Assembly: GCA_964035545.1 (NCBI GenBank)
Contig: OZ037767.1
Span: 4,542,707 to 4,606,706, forward strand
Length of the DNA: 64,000 nt
Direction of reading: 5' to 3'
Source of the DNA: Bugula neritina
Lineage: Eukaryota; Animalia; Bryozoa
Position numbers and translations under genes: made by a program. The notes under the pieces are model-generated. The model saw nothing but the letters and a program-made list of their open reading frames with translations, ran no database searches and was not told the DNA's origin. Of this stretch, positions 13,301 through 25,300 are shown piece by piece. Positions within the stretch are counted from its first letter, which is position 1. Every line of letters begins with the position of its first letter.

Positions 13301-16300
13301 GGAGGAGGATGAATACGGCATGGTATTTAGAATACATTATCTTTTTTAACATATATATTCAGTTAGTATAAAAAAGTATTAAACAGTGCCTAATCATGAT
13401 GAAATGTCTACTGTCAGATGTGTTTCTCCTGAGTGACGTTTGACATGTGAATCATCATTTACAATTTTTGTTGATGTTACTAAACGTGACCTACATGAGA
13501 TGTATTTTACTCATAGTTAAAACCTAAAGACGTGTTGTCCAAGTACGACGAAGAGATTTCGGGACCAAAGAAAGGAGAGTTCTTTGAACTCGGCGGTAAG
13601 GGGACTTATGACGCGGCACATGAGAAGAAAATGCAGGAAATTAGAAACCAGCTACATAGAGGAGCACAAACTCTCGGTAGGATGGTGGGGATAACTTTCA
13701 CTCTGTTTTACAAAATATTTCGTATTTATCAACGCATTTGATCTGCTAATTGGTCTGTCATCTGATAGATTTGAATGCAAAACTGAAAGTTTATTTGTAT
13801 TTTGATATCCAGACTGAACAACTTGTGAAATAATGAAAGTGTCTTGTATTTGTAGAGCTGCCAAAACCTAGCACGCAATCAGAGTTCTACACTCAGTCTG
13901 AGATGGAAGTGAAGTTCAAAAAGAGAAAGAAAAAAGTCAGGAAAGTGAAACGATCCGAAATGGTCAAAGCGGATGACCTTCTGCCTCTAGATGATGAAGG
14001 GTTAGAAATATACTACAATACTTGTTAATGTTGATAGAGATGTTAATTTACTGCCAGTATTTTTAGTCAGACTCCGGTGTGTTGTAGTGCTGGGCCATTC
14101 ATCAACTTTCAGTCTAATTGCTCTGAATTTGACTGCAACAATATTAGTTGTCAGAATGGTTTGTGTTAATTTGCAATACTTAGTTGTGTTTCAATGGTTG
14201 ATGTTGGTACTGCGATTGATTGGTAATAATAATGTAAATTGAGAACAAAACTTATATTATATTTCTTAGTTTAGTAATTTGAAGGGATATCATGTTGATG
14301 TTGAAGCTAATGCATAAGAGGAGTTTCATCCAGTCATTGTTGCAAGTGTGTGAGTCTATTTATAGAGCAGCAGGTGAGGAGAGTACCATGCCTGTATTCT
14401 CCAGTGAGATCACAACACACCTCCAGCAGATAGCTCACCAGCCTGGAACAGAAGTAGAAGGTTGGTTATTCCTCTCTAGCCTCAGTGCTAACGTTAGTAG
14501 TCCTTCTGCTTCAATCAGAAGTGTTAAATTTGACGCAATGTTCGTTTTCTTGCTAATTGTGTATACTGTTGTGTATAGATGGCGCTGTCTGGTCAATGAC
14601 TCATAATTTGAACAGTCTTTGTAGTTTTTTTTTTGCAAAAAATTATGTTCATCTGCTGCTACATTTGTATGAGTTCCTACTTCTTTGTTCATTGGTCTGC
14701 ATTTTGAGGACAAATTTTGGTTAGAAAATTGCTTGTTATTCCAATGTGAATGTTTCTCCCTACATAGCATAACATAAATTTTTGGATGCCAGATTTTTTT
14801 TCAATTTTAAATTGCTTTGACTGATGAAATGCCCGCAGCATACCTCCTGGTGTCCTCCTGGTGTATACCTTCTAGTGTATACCTCCTGGTGTCCTCCTGG
14901 TGTATACCTCCTGGTGTCCTCCTGGTGTATACCTCCTGGTGTCCTCCTGGTGTATACCTTCTGGTGTATACCTCCTAGTGTATACCTTCTGGTGTATAAT
15001 GGAGACTACACATTACCATTTCCATGTTAGATTATACTGGGGGAGACGTCAACCTAGATGACGACGTGCAAGACGATTACCACAGCTCTTTGGCTTTGGC
15101 CAGAAAGTTGAAACAAGCTCAGAAAATGGAGCCTAAACTGGTGTGTCATTATGTCATAAATACTTCAAGGGAATACCTCATTATTAATTTATATTAATGT
15201 ATATTGTATGTAGTATTTCATGTGTACTCACTCTGTTGCTTTGGAGTTGTCTTCTATGAGTTAATATATTGATTGCTATATAAGTTGTCTCCAGCTGCTG
15301 AAGAAAGCAATGTAGAGTATATACTAGATTTTGTTAGCTATTTCGTCTGTGTTGTGTCTTCTGTATCATGGTATCTCTTTGAATGAGTAGGCTGCGGAAA
15401 AGCTGCTATCCACAGTTGGTAGAGAAATGGGCCGAGATGACAACTCCATGCAGGCAGAGGAGGCACTTACTGATGACAAGGTTACACTGACAGCCACCGA
15501 CGAGTTTTGTAGAAACCTCGGCAGCATTCCAACATACGGCCAGTCTGGAAACAGGATGGAAAGACTGGATGAACTTATGGCATGTTATACTCTATATTTT
15601 ATCTCTTTTGCTGCCGTGAATTCTTTTGTTTGCTGATGCATTCAAAACAAATAATTTTAATGCTGCAAGTCTGTACAGTTAAGTTGAGAAAGGGTATAGC
15701 CCGGCATTAGACAAGTTTGTATACAACAATAACACTTGAAGGCTGCGAAGAGCTCAATGGTGATGCAAACTACAATAGTATGTAATTATAAAACACCATG
15801 CAGAATACTTAGTAGTGATCACCACATCTGGGATTTTACACATCTTTGTAGTACACAACACGTCATGTTTGTAACACTTCTCTTGTCATCTGGTTGTATA
15901 AGCTGTAGGTAACACTTCTCTTGTCATCTGGTTGTATAAGCTGTAGGTAACACTTCTCTTGTCATCTCTTTATATAAGCTGTAGGTAACACTTCTCTTGT
16001 CATCTCTTTATATAAGCTGTAGGTAACACTTCTCTTGTCATCTCTTTATATAAGCTGTAGGTAACACTTCTCTTGTCATCTCTTTATATAAGCTGTAGGT
16101 AACACTTCTCTTGTCATCTCTTTATATAAGCTGTAGGTAACACTTCTCTTGTCATCTCTTTATATAAGCTGTAGGTAACACTTCTCTTGTCATCTCTTTA
16201 TATAAGCTGTAGGTAACACTTGTCTTGTCATCTCTTTATATAAGCTGTAGGTAACACTTCTCTTGTCATCTCTGGTTGTAGGACTTTGAGCAGGAGCTGG

Positions 16301-18662
16301 TGGAGCAGTCGATATCAGCACCACCTGACGCCGAGAAGGGGGGCTGGGAAAGGGTGGAGATCCAGGAAGAGAGGTAATCTTTATGTTACACAATCAACAG
16401 TAATTGTGTGGAAATACAGGAGAAAAAAAATTGATCAGGATTTTTAGATTTTTTCCTTGTCCTGCAATATGTTGGTAGTCTTTGTAACTAACTTTAGTCA
16501 ATTGAAAGACTGCTTTTATTATCAAAAGATAGAAATAAAGGCTGTTAAAAGCTAGGCTATGTCGTGCTGTTAAAGGATTGAATGGGGTGTAGAACACTGG
16601 CTATTCAAGTAGGATGTAGATTCTGTTGAACCCTAGGCTACTCTAAACACTCAGTCCCATTTCTTGTGATGGCTGACACTTGGTCTGCTGTTAGATTATT
16701 GATTTGTCATTGCATGTGGCTTAACACTTTGTTTAGTAACACCGTCACTGTGATGGATATAGTTTGCCTACTCGTCTGTGACTCGAAGTGTGTATTTAGT
16801 AGTCTGCTGTTGAATGTAGTTCAAAGTATTTAGTATACTGGCCTCCCCCATCCATGCTCAGAGATACTTGATGTTGAAATATTTATATAGGTTGTAGTGA
16901 ATAACAAACAGTAAATATTTGACAATGGACACATGGAATTGATTGATTATACCTTCTCTATAATTGAATATTTTCAATGCTGACATTACTTTTTACTTTG
17001 TAGAAGGGAAATTGGCATTGTGGCCTAAAATTTTTGTTTTAAGAATATTTTGCTTTCACACTCATGAAATATGAAGATGGTTAAGTTATGTTGTTGGACA
17101 TTCTATCTTGAAATAACGGGTGTATGGACTGATTATAAAACAGAATCTCTCTTTTTCTGAAAACATAAAATTGTATGTATTTGTAGGCCGGTAGATCTTG
17201 ATAACCTGGGAGTTTTCCAGGATACCAGTGTTTTCCAAGAAGAGGTGCTACTAGACGGAGGTATAGCTAGCGCCCTCAAGCACGCAACATCCAAAGGATT
17301 TGTAGACTCTAAAGTAGAGAAACATGGAGGTGTTACGGTGAAAGATACAAGCAGTCTGCTTGCTAAGAACTACAGCATAGAAGACAAAAAGCATGAGTTA
17401 GTTTTATTTGTAGAAGTATAAATATGTTTTTCCGGATTTTTCAAATGCTTCAGGATTTAGTAGCAATAATTATTTCTTCCTCTCTGATTAAATCGATCTC
17501 TACACTGATACTTATTATTGTGAATCTATCACAAACCTAGGAATTCTGTGCCAAAATGTCTCAAAGATACCATAAATGTTGACTGAAGAAGCCGTGTATT
17601 GTTGTCTGTGACAGAAGCATGTCAACACAGCCATTAGGGTATATATCACTATTTCTAGCACTTGTAATACATGTGCTTGTTTTAATCACCAATGTTGTTC
17701 ATTTACAGCGACATTGATGAGAAGTTCAAAAAGAGAGGCAGACATGAGAGGTATCAGGGCCCTTTGCAAGACTTTGTGGAGAAACCCTACGTGCCTGACT
17801 TTAATGTGAGTTGCTGTATTGAAGATCAAGCTCTGTCAGATCTTGACGCAGTGTTTCTATGTCTATGGGATAATAATATTCTATGAGATATAATAGTCTA
17901 TGAGATATAATAGTATATGATATATAATAGTATATGAGATATAATATTCTATGAGATATGATAGTCTATGATATATAATATTCTATGAGATATAATATTC
18001 TATGGGGATACGGTAGTTGGGATAATTTCGTCTGCTATAGACCATGTCACCTGCTATATATATTCATGCTGTGGTGCCTTTGTATTGTAGCTGACCTACC
18101 AAGATGAACAAGGTCGCGATCTCACTCAGAAAGAGGCCTTCAGAATTCTTTCGCACAAGTTCCACGGTAAAGGCAGTGGCAAGAAGAAGACTGAAAAGAG
18201 GCTGAAGAAGTTGGACGAAGATCACATGATGATGACTATGAACTCTACTGACACGCCCCTTAATACTGTTGCTCGGTTGAAAGAGAAGCAGGCTAAAGAG
18301 CAGTCGGCATACATAGTACTTAGTGGAGGGAACAAGACACTCACAGGGTGAGAAATATGTGTAGTGTTCAGTGATACTGTAGTTTAGCCGATCAATTCTA
18401 CTACAGTTTGTGTGTACTGTATTTGCACTATAGTTTATATAAAAATCTGTGTTAGGGAAAGTAAGGTTACTTGTAGACTGTGTACAAGCCTCTCGTACTT
18501 TTCCATCACCAGATTGTGTTAGGGAAGGTAGATTTACTAGTGAACTCTCTTACTCTTCCTTCACCTGTCTACACTGTTACAATGCTGTCAGCCCTCATCA
18601 CTTATATTCATCATGTTACAACATATCCTTTGTGTACTTGTAGGAACAGTGTGGTGAAATAA
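10384..18662 (+). CDS. SART1: U4/U6.U5 tri-snRNP-associated protein 1 (Snu66)
   Basis: Exons 10384-10466, 11027-11074, 11190-11237, 11351-11398, 11509-11781, 12317-12398, 12614-12812, 13186-13322, 13517-13676, 13856-14000, 14366-14460, 15031-15140, 15391-15579 (GC donor), 16282-16373, 17187-17396, 17709-17805, 18091-18347, 18644-18662. Motifs [69 protein letters not shown]. Confidence 0.96.
14841..14997. repeat. Intronic minisatellite, unit approximately TACCTCCTGGTGT(A/C)
   Basis: Visible tandem copies about 35 bp upstream of the 15031 acceptor. Confidence 0.9.
15871..16281 (+). repeat. 38-bp minisatellite (10 full copies plus a terminal variant) ending exactly at a SART1 splice acceptor
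   Basis: Unit GTAACACTTCTCTTGTCATCTCTTTATATAAGCTGTAG repeats with period 38 from 15871; the last partial unit supplies the AG at 16280-16281. Confidence 0.97.
17862..18005. repeat. About 17-bp intronic minisatellite (CTATGAGATATAATATT)
   Basis: Visible tandem copies. Confidence 0.9.
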
Positions 18663-19392
18663 CGGTAGAGTGGAGCAACTTGCTGTGTACAAAATATGTA
18701 AATCTGTAGCATTTCACTGTGAAATTTCAACTAGAAGTCAATGTTATAGTGGAGCACTACATTTGGTCAACTACAGCGAATGTTGCTGGGACTGATGCAC
18801 TAAATCTACTGTCCACTTCTGTTATATAATAACCTTGATTATTGACTTTTAGTGTTTGTATAGCTGAAAGATCATTATTTTATATTCATTTATTAATATA
18901 AACGTACACAATAAGGTCTTTGAAAGCTCAGGTTCCTTGAGTTTGGTCTTGAGGGAATAGAACATGATAGTTTGAAACATAAATACTCATCAACTAGCTA
19001 ATAAAAATACTTTATATGTAACACTTGAACAGCCAATGAAATTAGGAATGATTTGTGATCAATAAAAGTGAAAACAACATGGACGGACTATACTTGTAGA
19101 AAGCTTACAGGTACCACATAGACTATTGTAAAAATGCAACACAAATATATATTATATAATTATATATTAGAAGAGAGGACAAAGTAGATGTGCCTTATAG
19201 TATTCAGTGGTATTTAAATGTGAAACAATGAGAAGAGATTATCGTAAATATAGAAAATACAATTTCGTTGTATGTAAATGGACATAAATATAAAATGTAA
19301 ATAGACTGTATTTGAAATAGTTTCTCAAGTTTAGCCAAAAGTTGGCAGTGAAATATAATTATCTGACAATGCTGTAGAGCTATTTTCACTTC

Positions 19393-22300
19393 CTATGCTC
19401 CAATCTGCAGCTGCTTTATCATGTTCACGCTAACATGCTCATAATCGCTAGTTTGTCCAGCAGCAACTTTGGCCTGTTTAGCCTTCCACCGATCTTTGAT
19501 TGGTCCAAAAGTCTTGGCAAATTTCATCAGATCATTATGCCATATGGAGAGGTATCTCAGAGCTGGAACCATCCTTAACATCTCCCGATAACGCTTCTTA
19601 TAATTTTCCTTGTATTTATCTGTAAAACAATAATGCAGAATTCTTGACAATGCTCAGACTTATTAAAAACCAATTCCAAATATCTCTCATTATATATAAA
19701 ACTTGAAATAGTAGTTTGGTAATGTAGAAACTTTTTTTACTAGGACTATAACAAACAAGCAATAATTGAAAATGGAAGGTGCTAAACTCCTGCAAGATGT
19801 ATAAAACTGATGCTGCTCCATGAGATATCTGCACAAGGATGTAATTATTTCACCAGTACGGAACTATTCTAAGAAATACTCGCATTTCCTGTTGTTTACA
19901 AATGAAAACATGTCGTATCCTCCCGTGTAAAACTATGGAACTAATAATTAAACAGTGTTGTAAGTTTTATACAAACCTTTCATATAGGCAGCACATAAGT
20001 CTGTCAGAGGTGCTCGCTTCACCTCAATGACCTCTTTCTGCTCTATTTTTAGTATGTCTAAAAAAGGAGAAAAATAAGTCATTGACAAGTTTTCGAAGAA
20101 CTGCAGGAAATTGCTTAATTACATTATTCCTTTCCGGTCTTTGTTAGTTGAATGAATTTAGGCCGTCTAGTGCCAAAGAATTCAAGGACAGATATAAAAA
20201 TATTGCAATAACATCAATATTTCCTTATTACGTGACAAATTGATGTAAATTTTATTAATAGTCTAACTTTATAGTTATTTATACTATATAAGCTACTAAT
20301 TTCACGAGAAATGATGTAAAATTGCAGCAACTGACATTTAATTTTGTAAGCACTTTGCAACAAACGTGGATTTCTACTCTTAGTATGGTAAAAATAGCCT
20401 TTGCCCTTTAACAGCAACATCAATTGAGCTCATAAGTGGCAAATGGCTCGTGCTAAATGTAGACACTACGGAAATGTCATGCTGACTATTTAACCCTTAC
20501 AACTTTGTCCGTAGGGGTTAAGGCAGCGTCGTAAAATGCTATCACCGGTACAAGATTAGCTTTTGGATATTATTGGTTATTACCCGTCGAGAAAAGGGTG
20601 AGAGCGGAAATGAGCATGATCTCTTCTTCGCCAAAGTTCAAATCATTTATGGCCCTAGAGTATCTCAGCACTGTCTGTCTGAACACATAGAAGGGGTCTT
20701 TCTCTGGTATTTTCCATGCCCTAAAGTTATTATGGTACAAATCAAGCAACAACAGGAAACATTATTCTACAAATAAACTGTAATGCCCTAAAGTAACAAA
20801 ATAAAATATTATTCTACAAATAAAATGTTAATGCAAGTTATTGGGTAGCCTTAAAGCAACTACAGTTTAAAAATATAAAACATAACTCATTATCAAAACA
20901 CCTAATGACTCTAGGGTCTGCATTATTGAACTTCAATACTTTCAAATATCAAATTGCAAAGCCATTACATGTTGGTAATCTTTTTTATGGCACACTAGAG
21001 AATTTGAAAGTTACTCTTTTCACCCAACATTAAAATATAATCTGTAATAAAAGAATAGATTGGCAACATAAAAAGTACTAAAAATAACTCTGGTAATGTT
21101 ACTATGTAATCATTAGAAACTTCTCCCTCCCATTCTACAAATTTTATTGTCATAGTACTTTATCTCTATGACTGAGAAATTGAGCAACACCTACATTGTT
21201 AGAGTACTAGTATATGTTAATCATAGAGAGGTCTTAGCACATTGCCACAATTATGCAGTAGATGATTAAAATGTTGGCAAAATGTTGCTGTAAGTTGGCT
21301 GCTAAACTATTTGAAAAGTTTTATATGACCACTAATAGAAATTTTTAACAAGTAGAAATCTAAAACTATAAGAGGTAATAGAATGGGAAAAAACTTGTGT
21401 GCCTTGTCGCTATACTTACTTTTTACTGCATTCTACCCGATCCTACCTTATTTCTTATTCTAAACAATCCCACCTTATTTAACAATTTACACAGTTTACC
21501 TTATTCTACATGCCTGGTACCATATCATACACGATTCACCTTATTCTGCACAGTTTACCTCATGCTGCATGACTTACCAGAAATATCGACACTGCTCTCT
21601 CTCCTCGTCCCACCAGTACAACACATGCATCAATAGACAGTTTGAGAAACTAGCAGTTGATACTAGAGTTTTCTTATCTTTCTCTATCAGAGAGTCGCTG
21701 CCTGCACATAAACAGTAACAAAGTCAGACAGCGTGAGAGAAAAGATAAAAATATACTTCCATTTTACAAACAATAGAAAAAGGTAACTTTTTTATTGTTC
21801 TATAGCTTTGACTAGATTTTTTTATTTTACGCGGATGAAAAGTTATATAGAGCTTATATTGTGTGCACGCCATAAAACAATCCTCTGAAAATTTAATTTG
21901 AGTTAGACATAAAAGTTCATAAAATCATATTCAATATAGTTTATTATTTAATTTGGCTATTAACTAACTTAGCTCCAATAAAATATTCCTTAATTGAGTA
22001 GTTTGTTCAGCATTTTGATTATTGCACATGGAATTTTATTGAATTACTAAATGGCAGTATTTTTCAAAATATTTAAGCAGAATGATAAATACTGAAGCTG
22101 TGTCTAAAACAAACATCTCATTTCATCACATTTACCAAAATATTCATGTTGCTTCTTAAAGCAAGTCAGGTGAATGAAGTTTTATGTAAGCGCTTACCAT
22201 GAATCTCCTGATAGAATCTAGCCTGAGCAGTTGTCTCTCTAAGTAGTCTGTTCTTTATGAAGTCCATAAGTTTTAGTTGCAATGGAGCGTTCTCCTTTAC

Positions 22301-25300
22301 ATTGGGCCACAGGCTTTCCTGCAAGTATATTCAAATTAGTAACTACAGCTTTTACTACAGCTCCAGTAGCATATAAAACCTGATTTCCAAAAAGAAAGCA
22401 AGCATTTACATAGAAATGAAAACATAATCAGACAAACATATTTCAGGTCAACTACCTTTCCGTAGTCTGTGCTATTGCTTGATGACGTTCTTAGGTTACT
22501 GCTCACATATTCTCTCGTCTTATGCCATCCTTTCATCAACTTTTCCATCTCTTTCTTCATATCATCACCATATTCTATGTCGTCTGGTATTTTGTGTTTA
22601 AACCAGTAATCCTGAAAGTGCAAACATCTAGCAACTACATGCCAGCTAAATTCCAAAAGTTGTACCAAAATATTGTGTAACTGTGGTTTTATGTGCAATA
22701 TATATACAATTTACCCATCACCAAGAACCCCTTAGTTAAACTTGCATCACATCTCAAGTAGCTACATAATCATAGCTACTTTTGTATATTTTTGCGTTAT
22801 ATTACTTTTTCTGAGATCAGACATCTACTTTGTATAATTACCAAATAAGGTCATATTTGTATAATTACCAAATAAGGTCATATTTGTATCATTACCAAAT
22901 AAGGTCATATTTTCATAATTACCAAAGAAGGTCATATTCCTGCAACTATTTTTTACCTGATTGACTTTGTCATTGATAGACTTCATGTGTTTAAACATGC
23001 CACTGCCACTGTATTCATCACTTTCTTCGTCTTTCTCTCTAACTTCTTCTTTATCCCCTTCATCTGAGTTGGTGTTTGAGCTCCTGCAGCACATCAACTC
23101 TCAGTGTTGGTGATTTTTGATAAAGCATTTGAATAATAGTGGAGTTTGCGAAGTCAATGAGTGCAGGACATGTATAGCTAGATTTTAGACGAGAAGTTTA
23201 ATTTATATGCAAGTAAAAACTAGAGAAAATGTTAGAAATTATATGTAAAAAAATATTATATCAACTAATTTGCAATAAATTCAATTATCACAGCAGACCC
23301 TTAACTTATAATTTTATATATAAAATGTGTGAATTTTGTAAAATAAATTTCTGACCCAAGCAATTTATTCAGACAAGAAGTTTTTTTTCATATCAATTTG
23401 AATCTTGATAAAATTGGCCGAAGATAATTTGACTAAACTAAAACTATTGACACAGAAGTAGTTCTCCAACTTACCACAAGTCTTCAATGGTTAGCGCCTG
23501 CTCGTTGAACACGAGTGGCTCGTGTGAGCAGCTCGGCATGTACTTATGGTTGACCTGTCGTATGTCCACTTCGTAAATACTGAACTCATCAGCCAAGTCT
23601 TGAGAGTCTGTAGCGTAACCGGAGGTGGTTATTGCTGATTGGGGTGATGAAGAAGGCATGCTGTACGGCGAGTATTGCTGCTACAAACACAACATGAATA
23701 TAGAGTAACTTTTAGTCGGCTCTTGACTCTCAATTGCTGTACAGTATCTTGCTAATAATATCAACACTTGAAAAAGATATCATCAGTAAAATACAAAAGA
23801 ACAGGAGCACAGCAATTAACTTATACGCTACATTTATCAAAGATATGCTTCTAAAAACAGGATGTTACCTGTACAAAAGAAATCAACATAATCTATCATA
23901 GAATGAAAAATTGTAATACTAAAGCACTTTTCTACAACAATCTAAATAACTGCTGTATGAATACGTACTTGAGAGTACGGACTGTTAGAGTCGTATTGAG
24001 GAGGCAGCTGTTGTGGCAGCAGGTCACATGATGGTCTGTGAGCTCTTGTCATGTCTCCATACACCATAGCGCCGTCTGCGCCCGGCTGTGTGAACGCCTG
24101 AGGTCTGTGCGGCGGAGACGAGTACTGAATGTTGTCTCTGCTCACCATCTGATTGGACGACTGATCCATAAGGAGGTTACTGGCTGCCGACATGTCGTAG
24201 GCGGTGCTCTGGTGAGGCGGTGAGTTGTGATTCAGAGGCACTGGGTAGCAGTCAGCTGACTGAGTGATGACTCGGTGCTGATGGGCCAGCGTGTTCTGAT
24301 TGGTCAGCGGCTGGTTGTACACTGAGCCAGGGGATGGCTGGGTGGCCGGGTAACTGGGCGGGTACATAGAGGATGGACTGTGGTACGCGTCGCAAGTGCC
24401 TTCGTATGGAGGGGACGGGTGACTGTATGTTTGTACAGGCTGTCTGTAGGTATTGTGCTCAGATTTGATTGTGTGAAGCTGGAAATTAGCTTTAGTATTG
24501 GTCATTGCTGTAACATTACAAGAGTGAAATCGTACACATTCCTTTATATCTCTGGTAACATGAAAGTTTAATAAATGTTAAAACTTTTAATGTTTTACAT
24601 ACAGATTAGTTGCCAGTAAACTGCTAAGATTGATTTATTCTTGTGGCTACCTTAAAACTTTGGACCATACAATTAATAACCCATATCATAATTTCTAATT
24701 TTTCAGGCTTGCCAAACATAGGGAAAGATAAGCATTTGTATTAAAGAATGTTTGTCCTTGACCTTCTTACTGTAGAACTATATGTAAAGACTTACGAGTT
24801 GGAGCAGCAGAAGCCTGGGGGTAACTCTGTGGGAGTTGTCGTTTCACTGGCAGATTATCAATTCTCTGCAGTTTAGGTTGAAGTTGAGGTCCACTTATCT
24901 GCGCCAGTTCTTCTTCGAGGTCAAAATGAGAGGGCAGCGGCTGACCTACATTAGTTTAAAATAGCTTTTATCTTCTAATAAATAACTTTGCTTTCTCTTC
25001 CAAAATTAAAAGTAGAAGAATGAATGATACATAGCGAAGTATCTGATTTAGTTGTTTAGGCATATGATATGCTTTTGAGCAATTTTACATTAAAAGTTAC
25101 ATCAAATTATTGTAGGTTGATATGTAAATTAGTAAGATCAAAATGAATAGCTCGGCAGATATCCTTCGGGTAACATAATGACATATATTTTGTTGCTATA
25201 AAAGGATATGAAGGTGATCCTCCAAGGCTTAGTAGCTGTTACACTAGCTGCAGGGCTAGAGTGCTCTATTTGTAAAATTAACAAACGCATCAGCACACTA

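Noticed and set aside
15871-16281. 38-bp repeats resembling a CRISPR array
   Set aside because: No unique spacers; contiguous tandem units in a eukaryotic intron; no cas genes
18663-19392. Overlapping 3' UTRs of convergent SART1/receptor (and OPA3/STRN at 54401-54957)
   Set aside because: Transcript ends cannot be determined from sequence alone; short spacing is ordinary in a compact genome
22825-22956. NMTLFGNY repeat peptide as part of the receptor
   Set aside because: Lies past the CAG|GTAAAA donor at 22956; it is an intronic 30-bp repeat ending in a stop
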